Assembly: GCA_037380845.1 (NCBI GenBank)
Contig: JARRRI010000013.1
Location: forward strand, 10,315 to 74,314
Direction: 5' to 3'
DNA: 64,000 nucleotides
From: Candidatus Sulfobium sp.
GTDB lineage: Bacteria; Nitrospirota; Thermodesulfovibrionia; Thermodesulfovibrionales; UBA6898
Shown here: positions 10,529 through 20,810 of the stretch, in pieces
How the letters are laid out: each line of letters opens with the position of its first letter
Position numbering within the stretch: position 1 is the stretch's first letter
The notes under the pieces: generated by a model
Told to the model about the DNA's origin: nothing
The model's database searches: none
The model's input: only the letters and a program-made list of their open reading frames with translations
Translations under genes and position numbers: made by a program

Positions 10529-11800
10529 GTGAACAAGGCTATTGAAAGGATCCATTCAGACGACAAGAACCTCTGCCGGCTTTGTCTCAGCGAACTGGGC
10601 GAGATATATGCGGACCTGGCGCTTACGGCCGAAGAACTGGACCTCCTGGATATGCCGCGGCGCCTGTTTACCGTCCATTTCCCGGCCCGCATGGACTCCG
10701 GCAACATCAGGATGTTCGTAGGACACAGGATCCAGTATAACGATGCGAGAGGGCCCGGAAAGGGGGGCATCAGGTTTCATCCGGCGCTGACGATCGACCA
10801 TGTGAGGGACCTTGCCTTCCTGATGGTGCTCAAATGCGCCGTGGTAAACATACCCTTCGGGGGCTCCAAGGGAGGAGTGGTAGTGAACCCCAAGGAGCTT
10901 AGCAGGAACGAACTGGAACAGGTGACCAGGGGATACATCCGGGCCATTGCCGACTATATCGGTCCCTACAAGGACATACCCGCGCCGGACGTATATACCG
11001 ACGAGCAGATAATGGTCTGGATACTCGACGAATACGAACGCATAAAGGGGATGCATGTCCCTGCCGTCGTGACCGGCAAGCCGATCGAACTGGCCGGAAG
11101 CAGGGTCAGGCGCTACTCCACTTCCCTGGGGGGAATATACATCCTGGAAGAGGCCATGAAGAGGATGAGGATGGACAAATCAGCAGTGACCGTAGCAATT
11201 CAGGGATACGGCAACGTGGGTGAGAACGCCGCACGGATCCTCTATGAGAGCGGGTATAAGGTGACGGCGGTGAGCGATTCCAGAGGCGGGGTCATGGACC
11301 CCAACGGACTTGATGTAGCGGGGCTGTCCGGACACAAACAAAAAACCGGCTCGGTCTTGGGCTTCAAGGGGAGCGGTGACATCACGAATGACGAACTGCT
11401 TGAATGCCACTGCGACGTCCTCATACCCGCCGCCCTCTCCGAACAGCTCCACGAGGGAAATGCCGCACGCGTCAGGGCAAAGATCATCCTCGAACTGGCC
11501 AACGCCCCCACAACGACAGAGGCCGACGAGATATTCTTCGACAGGCAGGTGATGCTCATACCTGACATACTGGCCAACGCCGGCGGGGTTGTGGTCAGTT
11601 ATTTCGAGTGGAGCCAGAACCTGAACAACGATTACTGGGAGGAAAAAAAGGTCCTCCGGAAACTGAACCATATAATGATAACCGCCTTCAATGACGTCCA
11701 TTCCCTGTGCCACAGTGAAAGATGCAGGATGAGGAAGGCGGCATACCGGCTGGGGGTCAAAAGGATCCTGCACGCCGAGAGACTGCGGGGAAACCTCTGA
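10529..11800 (+). CDS. gdhA: Glu/Leu/Phe/Val (glutamate) dehydrogenase
   Basis: GPGKGGIRFHP, GGSKGG, DIPAPD, GYGNVG, NAGGVVVSYFEW. Confidence 0.93.
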   Translation: MNKAIERIHSDDKNLCRLCLSELGEIYADLALTAEELDLLDMPRRLFTVHFPARMDSGNIRMFVGHRIQYNDARGPGKGGIRFHPALTIDHVRDLAFLMVLKCAVVNIPFGGSKGGVVVNPKELSRNELEQVTRGYIRAIADYIGPYKDIPAPDVYTDEQIMVWILDEYERIKGMHVPAVVTGKPIELAGSRVRRYSTSLGGIYILEEAMKRMRMDKSAVTVAIQGYGNVGENAARILYESGYKVTAVSDSRGGVMDPNGLDVAGLSGHKQKTGSVLGFKGSGDITNDELLECHCDVLIPAALSEQLHEGNAARVRAKIILELANAPTTTEADEIFFDRQVMLIPDILANAGGVVVSYFEWSQNLNNDYWEEKKVLRKLNHIMITAFNDVHSLCHSERCRMRKAAYRLGVKRILHAERLRGNL

Positions 11801-14457
11801 TGGCCGAACGCCGCTACAAGTATCAGCGTGAAGACTTCGGCGAGCTGCCGGTGAACCTGCATCACCTGACGATCCGGCTGAGTTTTGGGGAAGGGCACGT
11901 GGATGCATCCAACTGTCTTGAAATGACAGCCCGGAAGGGCCTCGGGCAGATAGTGCTGGATGCCAACGGCCTGGAGATCGTGAAGGTCGAGTGGTGTGAG
12001 AGCAGCCGTGACGAAAAGGGCCTGCCTCTGACTTACGAGTACCGGCGGGACGACAACAAGCTGATCGTGGATCTCCCGGGCGCCGTGGACGCCGGGGAGA
12101 GGTTTTGCGTGAGGACCTTCACCCGCTGCTTCCCCTCGGACCATATCCTGGAGGGCATATACAAGGATTCCACGCCGCCGGGAGCACCCCAGCAGTATGT
12201 CTCTCAATGCCAGCAGTGGGGATTTCAGCGAATCATGCCGGTCTTCGATGACTGCAGGGCAAAATGCACTATGACGACGACGATCGAGGCTGATGCGGGA
12301 TACACCCATCTGATCAGCAACGGCAATATAAGCAGGGAACTTAACCCGAAGGGCAGGCCGGTTCCGAAGGAAGGCGACCCCGGCAGGCAGGTCATAACTT
12401 TTGAAAACCCCGTTCCCATGGCCCCTTATCTCTTCCTCGTGTGTGCGGGCACATGGGATATGCTCTCCGAACGGGTAACCTATGAATCGGGCCGGACGGT
12501 AAAGCTTGAATACCTTGTCCCGCCGGGCGACACGGACCACGTACGAGTCCCGATGGAGATACTGAAGGAGTCGGTCCTCTGGATAGCGAAGACTCAGGAC
12601 TACGAGTATACGGGCGATACCTACCGGACCATATGCATGAACAAGTCGAACTTCGGAGGGATGGAGAATGTCGGCAATACCACCATCGTAACCGACGCGG
12701 CGCTCATCACGGAGCACACGCTGGACTTCGGGCTCCTGTACGCCCATGCAGTCATCGTCCACGAATTCGAACACAACCAGTGCGGAAGCGAAACGACGAT
12801 GGACACCCCCTTCGACGTATGGCTGAACGAGGCATACACAGTCGATGTGGAAAGGCAGTTCATGGCAGACGTCTTCGAACCTTCATTCATCAGGCTTAAC
12901 CAGATAGACGGTATCCGAAACCCTCTTTTGGGGCCTCTGGCGATAGAGGACGCCGGCCATGCGGGGCGCATCGTCCGGGCGGGATTCAACGACCCCGATG
13001 AGCTGATCGACGGGGTGACCTATGTCAAGGCGGCGGAGGTGATCAGGATGCTCCGGCTGGTCCTCGGCCGGGAGAATTTCCATGCCGGGAAGACGCTTTA
13101 TTTCACCCGCTACCGGAACGGGAATGCCGACACCGACCAGTTCTTCGCATGCTTCGAAGAGGTATCCGGTATGTCCCTGGAGACCTTCAAAAAGGGATGG
13201 TTATACAGGATCGGTTATCCAAAAGTGACTGCGTGGAGTGAATACGACGGGTCGGCAGAACAGTTCCGGATAAGGTTCCGGCAGGAGGTCGGGCAGGGAC
13301 AGACACCTTTCCACATACCGGTGGAACTTGCTCTGGTGGATGAAACGGGCCGGGACATACCGGGGACCGGACGCGTTTTTCAGTTTATGGAGGAAGAGGC
13401 GGAACTCGTATTCGAAGATATCGCCGCCCCCCCGGCCTTCGCCTCCATGAACCGCGACTGTTCATTTTACGGGACCTTCCGCCAGGAAAACGCCGGGCGG
13501 GACGAACTGGCGCTTCAGGCCAGGCTCGATCCGAACTCCTGCAACCGGGTGGACGCGGTACGCCAGATCACAGACTACGAACGTATAAAGCTTCTTAATA
13601 ACATCGACGCGGAGGTGGAAGGACGATGGCTGGACCTCTACGGCAAAATAGTGGAAGACCGCACTATCCCCCCCTCCATTAAAGCGTATTTGCTCCGCAT
13701 TGAAGAGCAGCCCATGGACAGGGAATATGTTACGTGGTATCAGGAACTCGTCCCGGCGAGGGAAAAGTTGATGCTGGCCGTTAACCGCCGGTTCCGGGAC
13801 CGGCTGGTCGAGCAGTTCCTGGAGCTTGACACATACGGGACGGGATCATCGCCGTCGGCGGGGATCGAGGACCGCATGCTGAAGAACGTGCTGCTGAAAC
13901 TGATAGCGGCGGATGATTCGCAGGACAGCCACCGGCTGGTGCTCGATCATTATCGCGCGGCCACGACGGCAACGGACAGGGTGGCGGCCCTCACTCTCCT
14001 GAACAGAAGCTCCGCTCCCGAGAGGCGGGATGTGCTGGAGGAGGCATACAATGCCTGGCACAGGAATATCAGCGGCTACGCCAATTACCTGCGGGTGGTG
14101 GCAAGCGGCACGCGGGAGGACGTCTTCGACATGATAGAGGCCGAAAAGAGACGTCCGGGGTTCGACATCACCCAGCCGACCTGGTCCAGGGCCCTTTTTC
14201 TCCCCATGGCGATGAACAACAAGATGGTCTGGACCGACCGGGGGATTGACTGGGTCGCCGGTACGGTCGCTGAACTCGCCCCCTTCAATGCGACTACCGC
14301 GGGCCGTCTCCTCAACACCTTTCAGCATGTCCGTAAAATGAAACCCCCACTGAGGGAAAAAGTTACGGCGGCACTGGGACGCATCCTCCGGAACGTCTCC
14401 GAAAAGGAGAGCCCTGCAGTATATGGTCAAGCCAGGGCCTATCTGGAGATGAAATAA
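11800..14457 (+). CDS. pepN: Aminopeptidase N (M1 family)
   Basis: GGMEN, HEFEH...NE zinc motif, YVKAAEVIRM; ATG overlaps the gdhA stop (TGATG). Confidence 0.9.
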   Translation: MAERRYKYQREDFGELPVNLHHLTIRLSFGEGHVDASNCLEMTARKGLGQIVLDANGLEIVKVEWCESSRDEKGLPLTYEYRRDDNKLIVDLPGAVDAGERFCVRTFTRCFPSDHILEGIYKDSTPPGAPQQYVSQCQQWGFQRIMPVFDDCRAKCTMTTTIEADAGYTHLISNGNISRELNPKGRPVPKEGDPGRQVITFENPVPMAPYLFLVCAGTWDMLSERVTYESGRTVKLEYLVPPGDTDHVRVPMEILKESVLWIAKTQDYEYTGDTYRTICMNKSNFGGMENVGNTTIVTDAALITEHTLDFGLLYAHAVIVHEFEHNQCGSETTMDTPFDVWLNEAYTVDVERQFMADVFEPSFIRLNQIDGIRNPLLGPLAIEDAGHAGRIVRAGFNDPDELIDGVTYVKAAEVIRMLRLVLGRENFHAGKTLYFTRYRNGNADTDQFFACFEEVSGMSLETFKKGWLYRIGYPKVTAWSEYDGSAEQFRIRFRQEVGQGQTPFHIPVELALVDETGRDIPGTGRVFQFMEEEAELVFEDIAAPPAFASMNRDCSFYGTFRQENAGRDELALQARLDPNSCNRVDAVRQITDYERIKLLNNIDAEVEGRWLDLYGKIVEDRTIPPSIKAYLLRIEEQPMDREYVTWYQELVPAREKLMLAVNRRFRDRLVEQFLELDTYGTGSSPSAGIEDRMLKNVLLKLIAADDSQDSHRLVLDHYRAATTATDRVAALTLLNRSSAPERRDVLEEAYNAWHRNISGYANYLRVVASGTREDVFDMIEAEKRRPGFDITQPTWSRALFLPMAMNNKMVWTDRGIDWVAGTVAELAPFNATTAGRLLNTFQHVRKMKPPLREKVTAALGRILRNVSEKESPAVYGQARAYLEMK

Positions 14458-14667
14458 GTTGTCCTTCTGAAAAACTGCTTGACGCTTCCTCCCTTAGGTG
14501 ATAAGTATTAAATATAGTCTGTGAATATGTGGGGATTGCCTGTCATTCCGGCCCTGTCGCGGCATTGTCCGGCATCGGACCGGAATCTCTCCGGTGGCGT
14601 CACCGGATTCTCGATATTTAGAATGTACCCTGCAGGAGACGATTCCGGGGGAAAGGAGGAGACGAAG

Positions 14668-14961
14668 ATGGAGGTTAAAGACTATTGCAGCAACGTGGCA
14701 ACTGAACTGACCGGATGGAAGGCGAAGATGTACGACGTGGCCAGACAGCTGGACAAAAAGTCCACCGGGGAAAAGGAGAAGTTTGCTCCCCAGATCAACG
14801 AGATCCACATGATTATCGAGGAGTTGACGGAAAGGATAGAAAAGCTTCAGAAGGAATGTCCCACTGAGTGGAAGCCCGACGAAACGGAAATAAATGCAAA
14901 CATGGCCAGGCTCAAGGACAAGATGAAGGATGTGTGGGACCCTCTGCACATCGGTGTGTAA
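14668..14961 (+). CDS. Hypothetical helical protein (97 aa)
   Basis: Strong AGGAGG RBS before ATG 14668; followed by a GC-rich hairpin. Confidence 0.8.
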   Translation: MEVKDYCSNVATELTGWKAKMYDVARQLDKKSTGEKEKFAPQINEIHMIIEELTERIEKLQKECPTEWKPDETEINANMARLKDKMKDVWDPLHIGV

Positions 14962-14970
14962 CGAAATGTC

Positions 14971-15000
14971 CGGGGGTATTGCCGAATGGAAGTACCCCCG
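14971..15000 (+). terminator. Hairpin, possible terminator
   Basis: CGGGGGTA...TACCCCCG inverted repeat just after a stop codon; no U-tract. Confidence 0.4.
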
Positions 15001-15098
15001 GCAGGCCGGTCGGGGCCGCGGCATCGCGGCGCGGGGCGTGAAGTTGGTTGTATGTAGCTTCGGTTGATTTAGAAGACGGGATACTGATATAAATTGTA

Positions 15099-15647
15099 AT
15101 GAACCATAACGCCGGTGTGAGCTTCACCCCATACTTTTTCAGGGCATATACCCTTCTGGCCGTCTTTTTTCTTGCCTCCTGCTCGCTGATCGACGGCCCG
15201 AAGATCGACACAAAAAGGTTCAGGGCCGTCGACAGGGCCGCCCGCTCGGTCGGCGCCGCGATTTCAACGGGGACGGATTACGGGCGCTTCAACGAGCTCA
15301 TTGAGGAATTTGCCGAAGAGATATCCCGCATACAGATTTCGGCGGGGTCTGCCGGGGATGCCGAGCTTCTGAAACATTACCAGAACCTGCTGGGAATTTA
15401 TCGCGACGGTCTCGTGGTGTGGAGGTATAAACTGGAGGCCCCGAGATACGATTTTATTCCCCCCGGCAGGATTTACGTGGGACAGGACGTGGAGCCGATC
15501 GTGGAAAAGTACCGCTTTTCTGTTGAGACCCATGTATACCTGCCTACGGACAAAACCTGGAAGAGCATGTCGGAAGAATCGCTCCGGGTGATCTGGATGA
15601 ATGCACGATCACAGATGGAAGTTATAAACCGTATCATGCGCCGCTAA
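15099..15647 (+). CDS. Hypothetical lipoprotein
   Basis: Hydrophobic stretch ending in lipobox-like LASC. Confidence 0.75.
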   Translation: MNHNAGVSFTPYFFRAYTLLAVFFLASCSLIDGPKIDTKRFRAVDRAARSVGAAISTGTDYGRFNELIEEFAEEISRIQISAGSAGDAELLKHYQNLLGIYRDGLVVWRYKLEAPRYDFIPPGRIYVGQDVEPIVEKYRFSVETHVYLPTDKTWKSMSEESLRVIWMNARSQMEVINRIMRR

Positions 15648-15679
15648 CAACCGGCGTAATCCTGCCGCATCGGTCCGGC

Positions 15680-17557
15680 TCACGACTGTTTCCTGAATTC
15701 CTCAAGGAGCTTGTTGAAATCTTCTTCGCCCATCTCTTTCGTCAGCTCGGTGATGAACCCGTTTACGACATTTACATCGGGCGATCCCAGCTTTTCAAAG
15801 ATGTCGAGGGCAATGAGGTAGTCTATGAACGCGTCGCCGATCTGATGACAGCTCTTTGACACGCCGGCAATGTCGCCTATCTTTTCGGCGATGTCCAGAG
15901 CCTTACGGTAATATTCAAGTGCGAGGTCGTTGTCGCCCCCGTTCTGGTGGACGATGCCCATCTGGTGGTAGTTTTTCGATACGCCGGCAATGTCGCCTAT
16001 CTTTTCGGCGATGTCCAGGGCCTTGCGGTAATATCCCAGCGCCCGGTCGTTATCGCCCCGGTTCTGGTGGATGATCCCTATCTGGTGATAACTCGTGGAT
16101 ATCTCCGCGATGTCGCCTATCTTTTCGGCTATGCCCAGGGCCTTGCGTGAAAAATCGAGTGCCCTGCCGTGATCACCCCGGTTACGGTGAATAATCCCGA
16201 TCTGGTTATAACTCTTGGCCGCGCCTGCCAGGTCGCCAATGGTCCTGGCAATCTCGAGGGCCTTGTGGGAAAATTCCAGCGCCCTGTCATAGTCGCCCTT
16301 CAGTTGATGGATGAGCCCGATCTGGCCGTAAACCCTGAGAATTCCGTAGAAGTCCTCCGTTTGTTCCTTGATCTCGAGGGCCTTGTGTGAAAGCTCAAGG
16401 GCCTCGTCGTAGTCCCCTTTCTTTTGATGTACGATCCCGATATTCTGGTAGCTGACGGAGATCATGACTATGTCCCCGATCTTTTCCGCTATCTCGCGGC
16501 ATTGCTGGAAGAAGTCGAGGGCCCAGTCATAATCGCCCCTGCTCTGATGGACGATGCCGATCTGGTTATAGCTCCTTGAAACACCGGCCAGATCCCCTAT
16601 CTTCTTACCGATCTCCAGCGCCTTCTGGTGAAAATCGAACGCGGTATCATAGTCGCCCCTTTTCTGGTGGACGATCCCTATCTGATGATAGTTCCTCGAC
16701 ACCTCCGCCACGTCCCCGATCTTTTCGGCGATATCGAGCGCCTTATGGAGGAATTCGAAGGCCCCGTCGTAATCACCCCTCCTCTGATGGACCACTCCTA
16801 TCTGGTGATAACTCTTCGATATTTCGGCGACATCCGTGATCTTTTCAGCGATCCCCAGCGCCTTGTGGGAAAACTCCAGCGCCCGGTCATAGTCGCCCCT
16901 GTCCTGATGAACTATGCCCAGCTGATTATAGCTCTTGGAGACCCCGGCGACGTCCCCGATCTTTTCAGCAGTTTCGAGTGCCTTGTGGGAGAACTCCAGT
17001 GCCTTGTCATAATCGCCCTTCAGTTTGTGGAGCAGGCCGATCTGACCGTAGACCCTCAGAATTCCGTAGGAGTCACCGCTGTTTTCTTTTATATCGAGCG
17101 CCCTGTGAGAAAGCTGGAGGGCCTTGTCGTAATCTCCCCGTTTCTGATGGACAATGCCGATATTCTGGTATCCTACGGAAATGAGGTCGTCATCGCCGAT
17201 TTCTTCCGCAATCCCGAGAGACCTCTGGTAGAAATCCTGCGCCGCATCATAATCTCCCCTGTTTTGATGTATGATCCCCAGCTGGTTGTAGCTTCTGGCG
17301 ACCCCGGAGCGGTTGCCGGACTTCTCGTTTATCTCCAGTGCCTTGCGGTGAAAGTCCAGCGCCCTTTCGTATTCGCTCTTTTTTCGGTAGACGATCCCTA
17401 TCTGATGACAGTTGCACGCTATCCCCGCGGTGTCGCCCGATTCCTCCGCCATGCGAAGAGCCTTCTGAAAAAATTCGATGGCGCCATCGTAGTCCCCTTT
17501 CTTTTCGGCCATCCGGAGAGCCTTCTCAAGGGATTCTATTTCGCCGTTGTGTGTCAT
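15680..17557 (-). CDS. Tetratricopeptide repeat protein (about 14-15 repeats of 40 aa)
   Basis: Repeated YHQIGIVHQxRGDYDxALEFxxKALxIAEKIGD units; 120-bp DNA periodicity. Confidence 0.92.
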   Translation of the reverse strand: MTHNGEIESLEKALRMAEKKGDYDGAIEFFQKALRMAEESGDTAGIACNCHQIGIVYRKKSEYERALDFHRKALEINEKSGNRSGVARSYNQLGIIHQNRGDYDAAQDFYQRSLGIAEEIGDDDLISVGYQNIGIVHQKRGDYDKALQLSHRALDIKENSGDSYGILRVYGQIGLLHKLKGDYDKALEFSHKALETAEKIGDVAGVSKSYNQLGIVHQDRGDYDRALEFSHKALGIAEKITDVAEISKSYHQIGVVHQRRGDYDGAFEFLHKALDIAEKIGDVAEVSRNYHQIGIVHQKRGDYDTAFDFHQKALEIGKKIGDLAGVSRSYNQIGIVHQSRGDYDWALDFFQQCREIAEKIGDIVMISVSYQNIGIVHQKKGDYDEALELSHKALEIKEQTEDFYGILRVYGQIGLIHQLKGDYDRALEFSHKALEIARTIGDLAGAAKSYNQIGIIHRNRGDHGRALDFSRKALGIAEKIGDIAEISTSYHQIGIIHQNRGDNDRALGYYRKALDIAEKIGDIAGVSKNYHQMGIVHQNGGDNDLALEYYRKALDIAEKIGDIAGVSKSCHQIGDAFIDYLIALDIFEKLGSPDVNVVNGFITELTKEMGEEDFNKLLEEFRKQS

Positions 17558-17881
17558 AGGGGCAATTACCCCGAAGTGGTTATCATCCGGCCTCGGGCGG
17601 AACCTAATCTATATTACACCATACCTGCAGACGCTGTATACGGATCAGAAAGGCGCTCCGGAGAGCCGCGAATAGTGAAGGCCGTGAATCGTCAATCGTG
17701 AATAGTAAGGAAATCCCCGGGTATCCGGGCCCCCCTCTCATCGTCGCATATCGCCTTTGCCTCTCGCCTCCGGCGTTTCGCTTCCTGCATTACTTAAGGT
17801 CTGTTTATAAAGTGGATTCCCCGATCAAGTCGGAAAATGACGGCCTATGAAGACCAAGCTTTAAGAACAGACTCTGTTGGG

Positions 17882-19756
17882 TCATTTCCGGGACCGCCGC
17901 GTCTTTTCGGCGGCAACCATGATAAGAGAGAGGGCGGCGGGGGTCATGCCCTGTATCCTGCCTGCCTGGCCAAGGGTGGCGGGCCTTACCTCTTCGAGCT
18001 TGGAGAGGATCTCCTTCGAAATGCCCGGGATGCTCCTGTAATCGATAGCTTCCGGTATCTTCTTCTCCTCGAGTCTGGCCAGTTTTTCAGCGCTCTCCAT
18101 CTGCCTGGCGATGTACCCCTCATATTTTACAAGGACCTCGACCTGTCTCTCGACATCCTCTCCCAGATCAATACCCGGAGGCGAGAATTTCTTTATCGTC
18201 CCGTAGGTGACTTCCGGCCTCTTCAGGAGCCTCTCAAGGCTGATATCCCCGGCGATTGCCGATGTCCCGAGAGACACCAGCACGCCGTTTACCGCGGCAG
18301 GCTTGATCCTCGTCTTCCGCAACCGCTCCAGTTCCTCCCGGATCCTCGCCTTTCTGTCCCTGAATTTCTCATAAGTGGCCCCGTCAAGGAGTCCGGTCTC
18401 GCGCCCCTTTTCCATCAGCCGCATATCAGCGTTATCGTGCCTCAGCAACAGGCGGTATTCCGCCCGGGAAGTGAACATGCGGTAGGGCTCGCTGGTACCT
18501 TTAGTCACCAGGTCGTCTATCATGACACCTATATAGGCCTCGTGTCTGCCCGGAACAAGGGACTTCCTGCCCTGCGCCGTCCTGGCTGCATTGATGCCGG
18601 CCATTAATCCCTGTGCGGCAGCCTCCTCATATCCCGACGTGCCGTTGATCTGCCCGGCCAGGAAAAGACCGTTAATCTCCTTCGTCTCAAGAGAGTGGCG
18701 CAGCTGGGTCGGAAAGACGAAGTCATATTCAATGGCGTAGGCAGGCCTCATTATCTCGGCCTCTTCGAGCCCCGGTATCGTCCTCACCAGCCTCACCTGG
18801 ATGTCAAGGGGCAGGCTGGTAGAAATGCCGTTGGCATAGTATTCGTTGGTGTCCAGCCCTTCCGGTTCGAGAAAGACCTGGTGCCTTTCCCGCTCGAAGA
18901 AGCGGACCACCTTGTCTTCTATGGAGGGGCAGTACCTGGGACCTATGCCCGTTATCTTACCGCTGTACATCGCTGAAAGGCCGATGTTTTCTTTAATAAT
19001 CCCATGGGTCTCCGGATTCGTATAGGTTATGTAGCAGGGAAGCTGGGGATTATCGATGCTCAGAGTGCGGTGGGAAAACGGCACCGGAGGATCGTCTCCC
19101 CACTGGGCCTCGGTCCGCGAAAAATCTATGGTCTTCGCATCCAGACGGGGAGGAGTGCCGGTCTTAAGACGTCCGAGCCTCAGCCCCAATCGTCCCAGAC
19201 AATCGGAGAGGCCTATGGAGGGGAACTCACCCGCCCTGCCGGAGGGGAAGCTCTCATGGCCCACATGCATCAGCCCCTTAAGGAACGTGCCGGTCGTGAC
19301 GATTACGCGGGAAGCGCTATAGAAGATGCCGAGCGAGGTGCGTACCCCCGTGACCCTGCGGTCCTCTACGATGATCTCTTCTGCCGCAGCCTGCTTGATA
19401 TCGAGATTTCCCGTACCTTCCAGCACCTGCCTCATCTTCAACCTGTAGAGTACCCTGTCGGCCTGAGCGCGAAGTGACCAGACGGCCGGCCCTTTTGACT
19501 TGTTGAGCATCCTGAACTGTATGCCCGCCATGTCGGTGACCCTCGCCATCTCGCCGCCGAGGGCGTCGATCTCCCTTACCAGGTGGCCCTTAGCGAGTCC
19601 CCCGACCGCGGGGTTGCAGGACATCTGCGCGATGGTATCGAGGTTCATGGTGAGGACGCAGGTGGACATGCCCATGCGTGCAGCCGCAAGCGCCGCCTCG
19701 CAGCCGGCATGGCCCGCGCCGATCACGATAACGTCATAGGATTTAGCCGGGTTCAC
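17882..19756 (-). CDS. mnmG: tRNA uridine-5-carboxymethylaminomethyl(34) synthesis enzyme MnmG
   Basis: GAGHAGCEAA, MSCNPAVGG, GPRYCPSIEDK, GQINGTSGYEEAAAQG. Confidence 0.98.
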   Translation of the reverse strand: MNPAKSYDVIVIGAGHAGCEAALAAARMGMSTCVLTMNLDTIAQMSCNPAVGGLAKGHLVREIDALGGEMARVTDMAGIQFRMLNKSKGPAVWSLRAQADRVLYRLKMRQVLEGTGNLDIKQAAAEEIIVEDRRVTGVRTSLGIFYSASRVIVTTGTFLKGLMHVGHESFPSGRAGEFPSIGLSDCLGRLGLRLGRLKTGTPPRLDAKTIDFSRTEAQWGDDPPVPFSHRTLSIDNPQLPCYITYTNPETHGIIKENIGLSAMYSGKITGIGPRYCPSIEDKVVRFFERERHQVFLEPEGLDTNEYYANGISTSLPLDIQVRLVRTIPGLEEAEIMRPAYAIEYDFVFPTQLRHSLETKEINGLFLAGQINGTSGYEEAAAQGLMAGINAARTAQGRKSLVPGRHEAYIGVMIDDLVTKGTSEPYRMFTSRAEYRLLLRHDNADMRLMEKGRETGLLDGATYEKFRDRKARIREELERLRKTRIKPAAVNGVLVSLGTSAIAGDISLERLLKRPEVTYGTIKKFSPPGIDLGEDVERQVEVLVKYEGYIARQMESAEKLARLEEKKIPEAIDYRSIPGISKEILSKLEEVRPATLGQAGRIQGMTPAALSLIMVAAEKTRRSRK

Positions 19757-20249
19757 AATCCTCCGGGTTATTAAGAATGTTATAGTTCAACCGTCGGCGA
19801 CCGGCTTCCAGAAAAGCCCGGAAAAAGGCCCTCCGGGACACCGGCAGGACTTGCACATGAGCTGCATGGATTGAGCTTTTTCCCCGGGTAGCTTGTTGCC
19901 GACTGGTGGACGCCTCATGTTTATTCTAATCCAAAGCACCGGAATATTTCACCGGACCGGCGTTTCTACGTCTCTCTATACGGCGTCCCCACCCGGCACG
20001 TATGCCAGACTCCGGAGGGTCTCTGTCATTAACGCTGCCGGAATTAAACACCAGGCCGGCCCGAAAACCCGATTCTTTTCCCGTGGCATGAAGGAACTCG
20101 AGCAGATGACGGAGGAAAAAGGGGTAAACATAGAGAAGAAGACCGTCAAGGACCTTATCCTGCGAATGCAGGACATGCCGCCGGGCGAAGTCCCATAAAG
20201 ACGGGCGGGAATCCGTTCGATATAAAAGCTCTTGAAAATCACATTTAAC

Positions 20250-20328
20250 GTCATTTCCGGGGCGGGAAGCGGGAATCCACGGTTTTTGAAGACAATGCAG
20301 CCTGGAAAACCGCCTCCGCGGGAATGAC
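20250..20328. repeat. REP-like double palindrome (GTCATT(T/C)CCG...CGGGAATCC / ...GCGGGAATGAC)
   Basis: Similar to the palindrome inside the MITE (5929-6008) and a half copy at 17814-17841. Confidence 0.6.
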
Positions 20329-20557
20329 GGTCAGGAACACGACAACTTATGTAAAGAGTATGGTCGCTGCATGGGTATTCCGCTGAGACCGGTTCATATG
20401 CCGGCTTGACTCTAACGGGTCTCTCCTTAATCAGCAGTCGCATGATTGACGGTTTCTCTCTCCTGGATCCTCGTGGATGACAAATATCGTGAAATTGTCC
20501 TAAGTCCCTCTCCGCCCCAATAATGTTATAATAGTTAAACTTTTCAAGAGGAACTGA

Positions 20558-20788
20558 ATGAAAGTATGCTATTTTTGCAATGAGACGGAGAATGTCAGTA
20601 CCTGGAAACATCCGGAAAACGGCAGGGAATATATGTTCTGCAGCGGTTGCCTGGGGACGATAATAGGGGTGTGCGCCGAGTGCGGGGCCGTACTCAGCAA
20701 GATGGACCCGATCGGTATCAATAGTGAAGGACAGAGGATCTGTTACAAATGCAGTGCGGCCCACGATATGGCCGAAGACGGGTCCTGA
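20558..20788 (+). CDS. Small protein with four CxxC motifs (putative double zinc finger)
   Basis: CYFC, CSGC, CAEC, CYKC; GAGGA RBS; TGT-TATAAT extended -10 at about 20524-20532. Confidence 0.75.
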   Translation: MKVCYFCNETENVSTWKHPENGREYMFCSGCLGTIIGVCAECGAVLSKMDPIGINSEGQRICYKCSAAHDMAEDGS

Positions 20789-20810
20789 GGACCATCGGGA
20801 GGAACCAGAC

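Noticed and set aside
15680..17557. TPR repeats as a diversity-generating retroelement target
   Set aside because: No reverse transcriptase or template repeat in the window; differences are not visibly adenine-specific
16628..17701. 357-aa plus-strand ORF
   Set aside because: Antisense shadow of the repetitive TPR gene; no independent motifs
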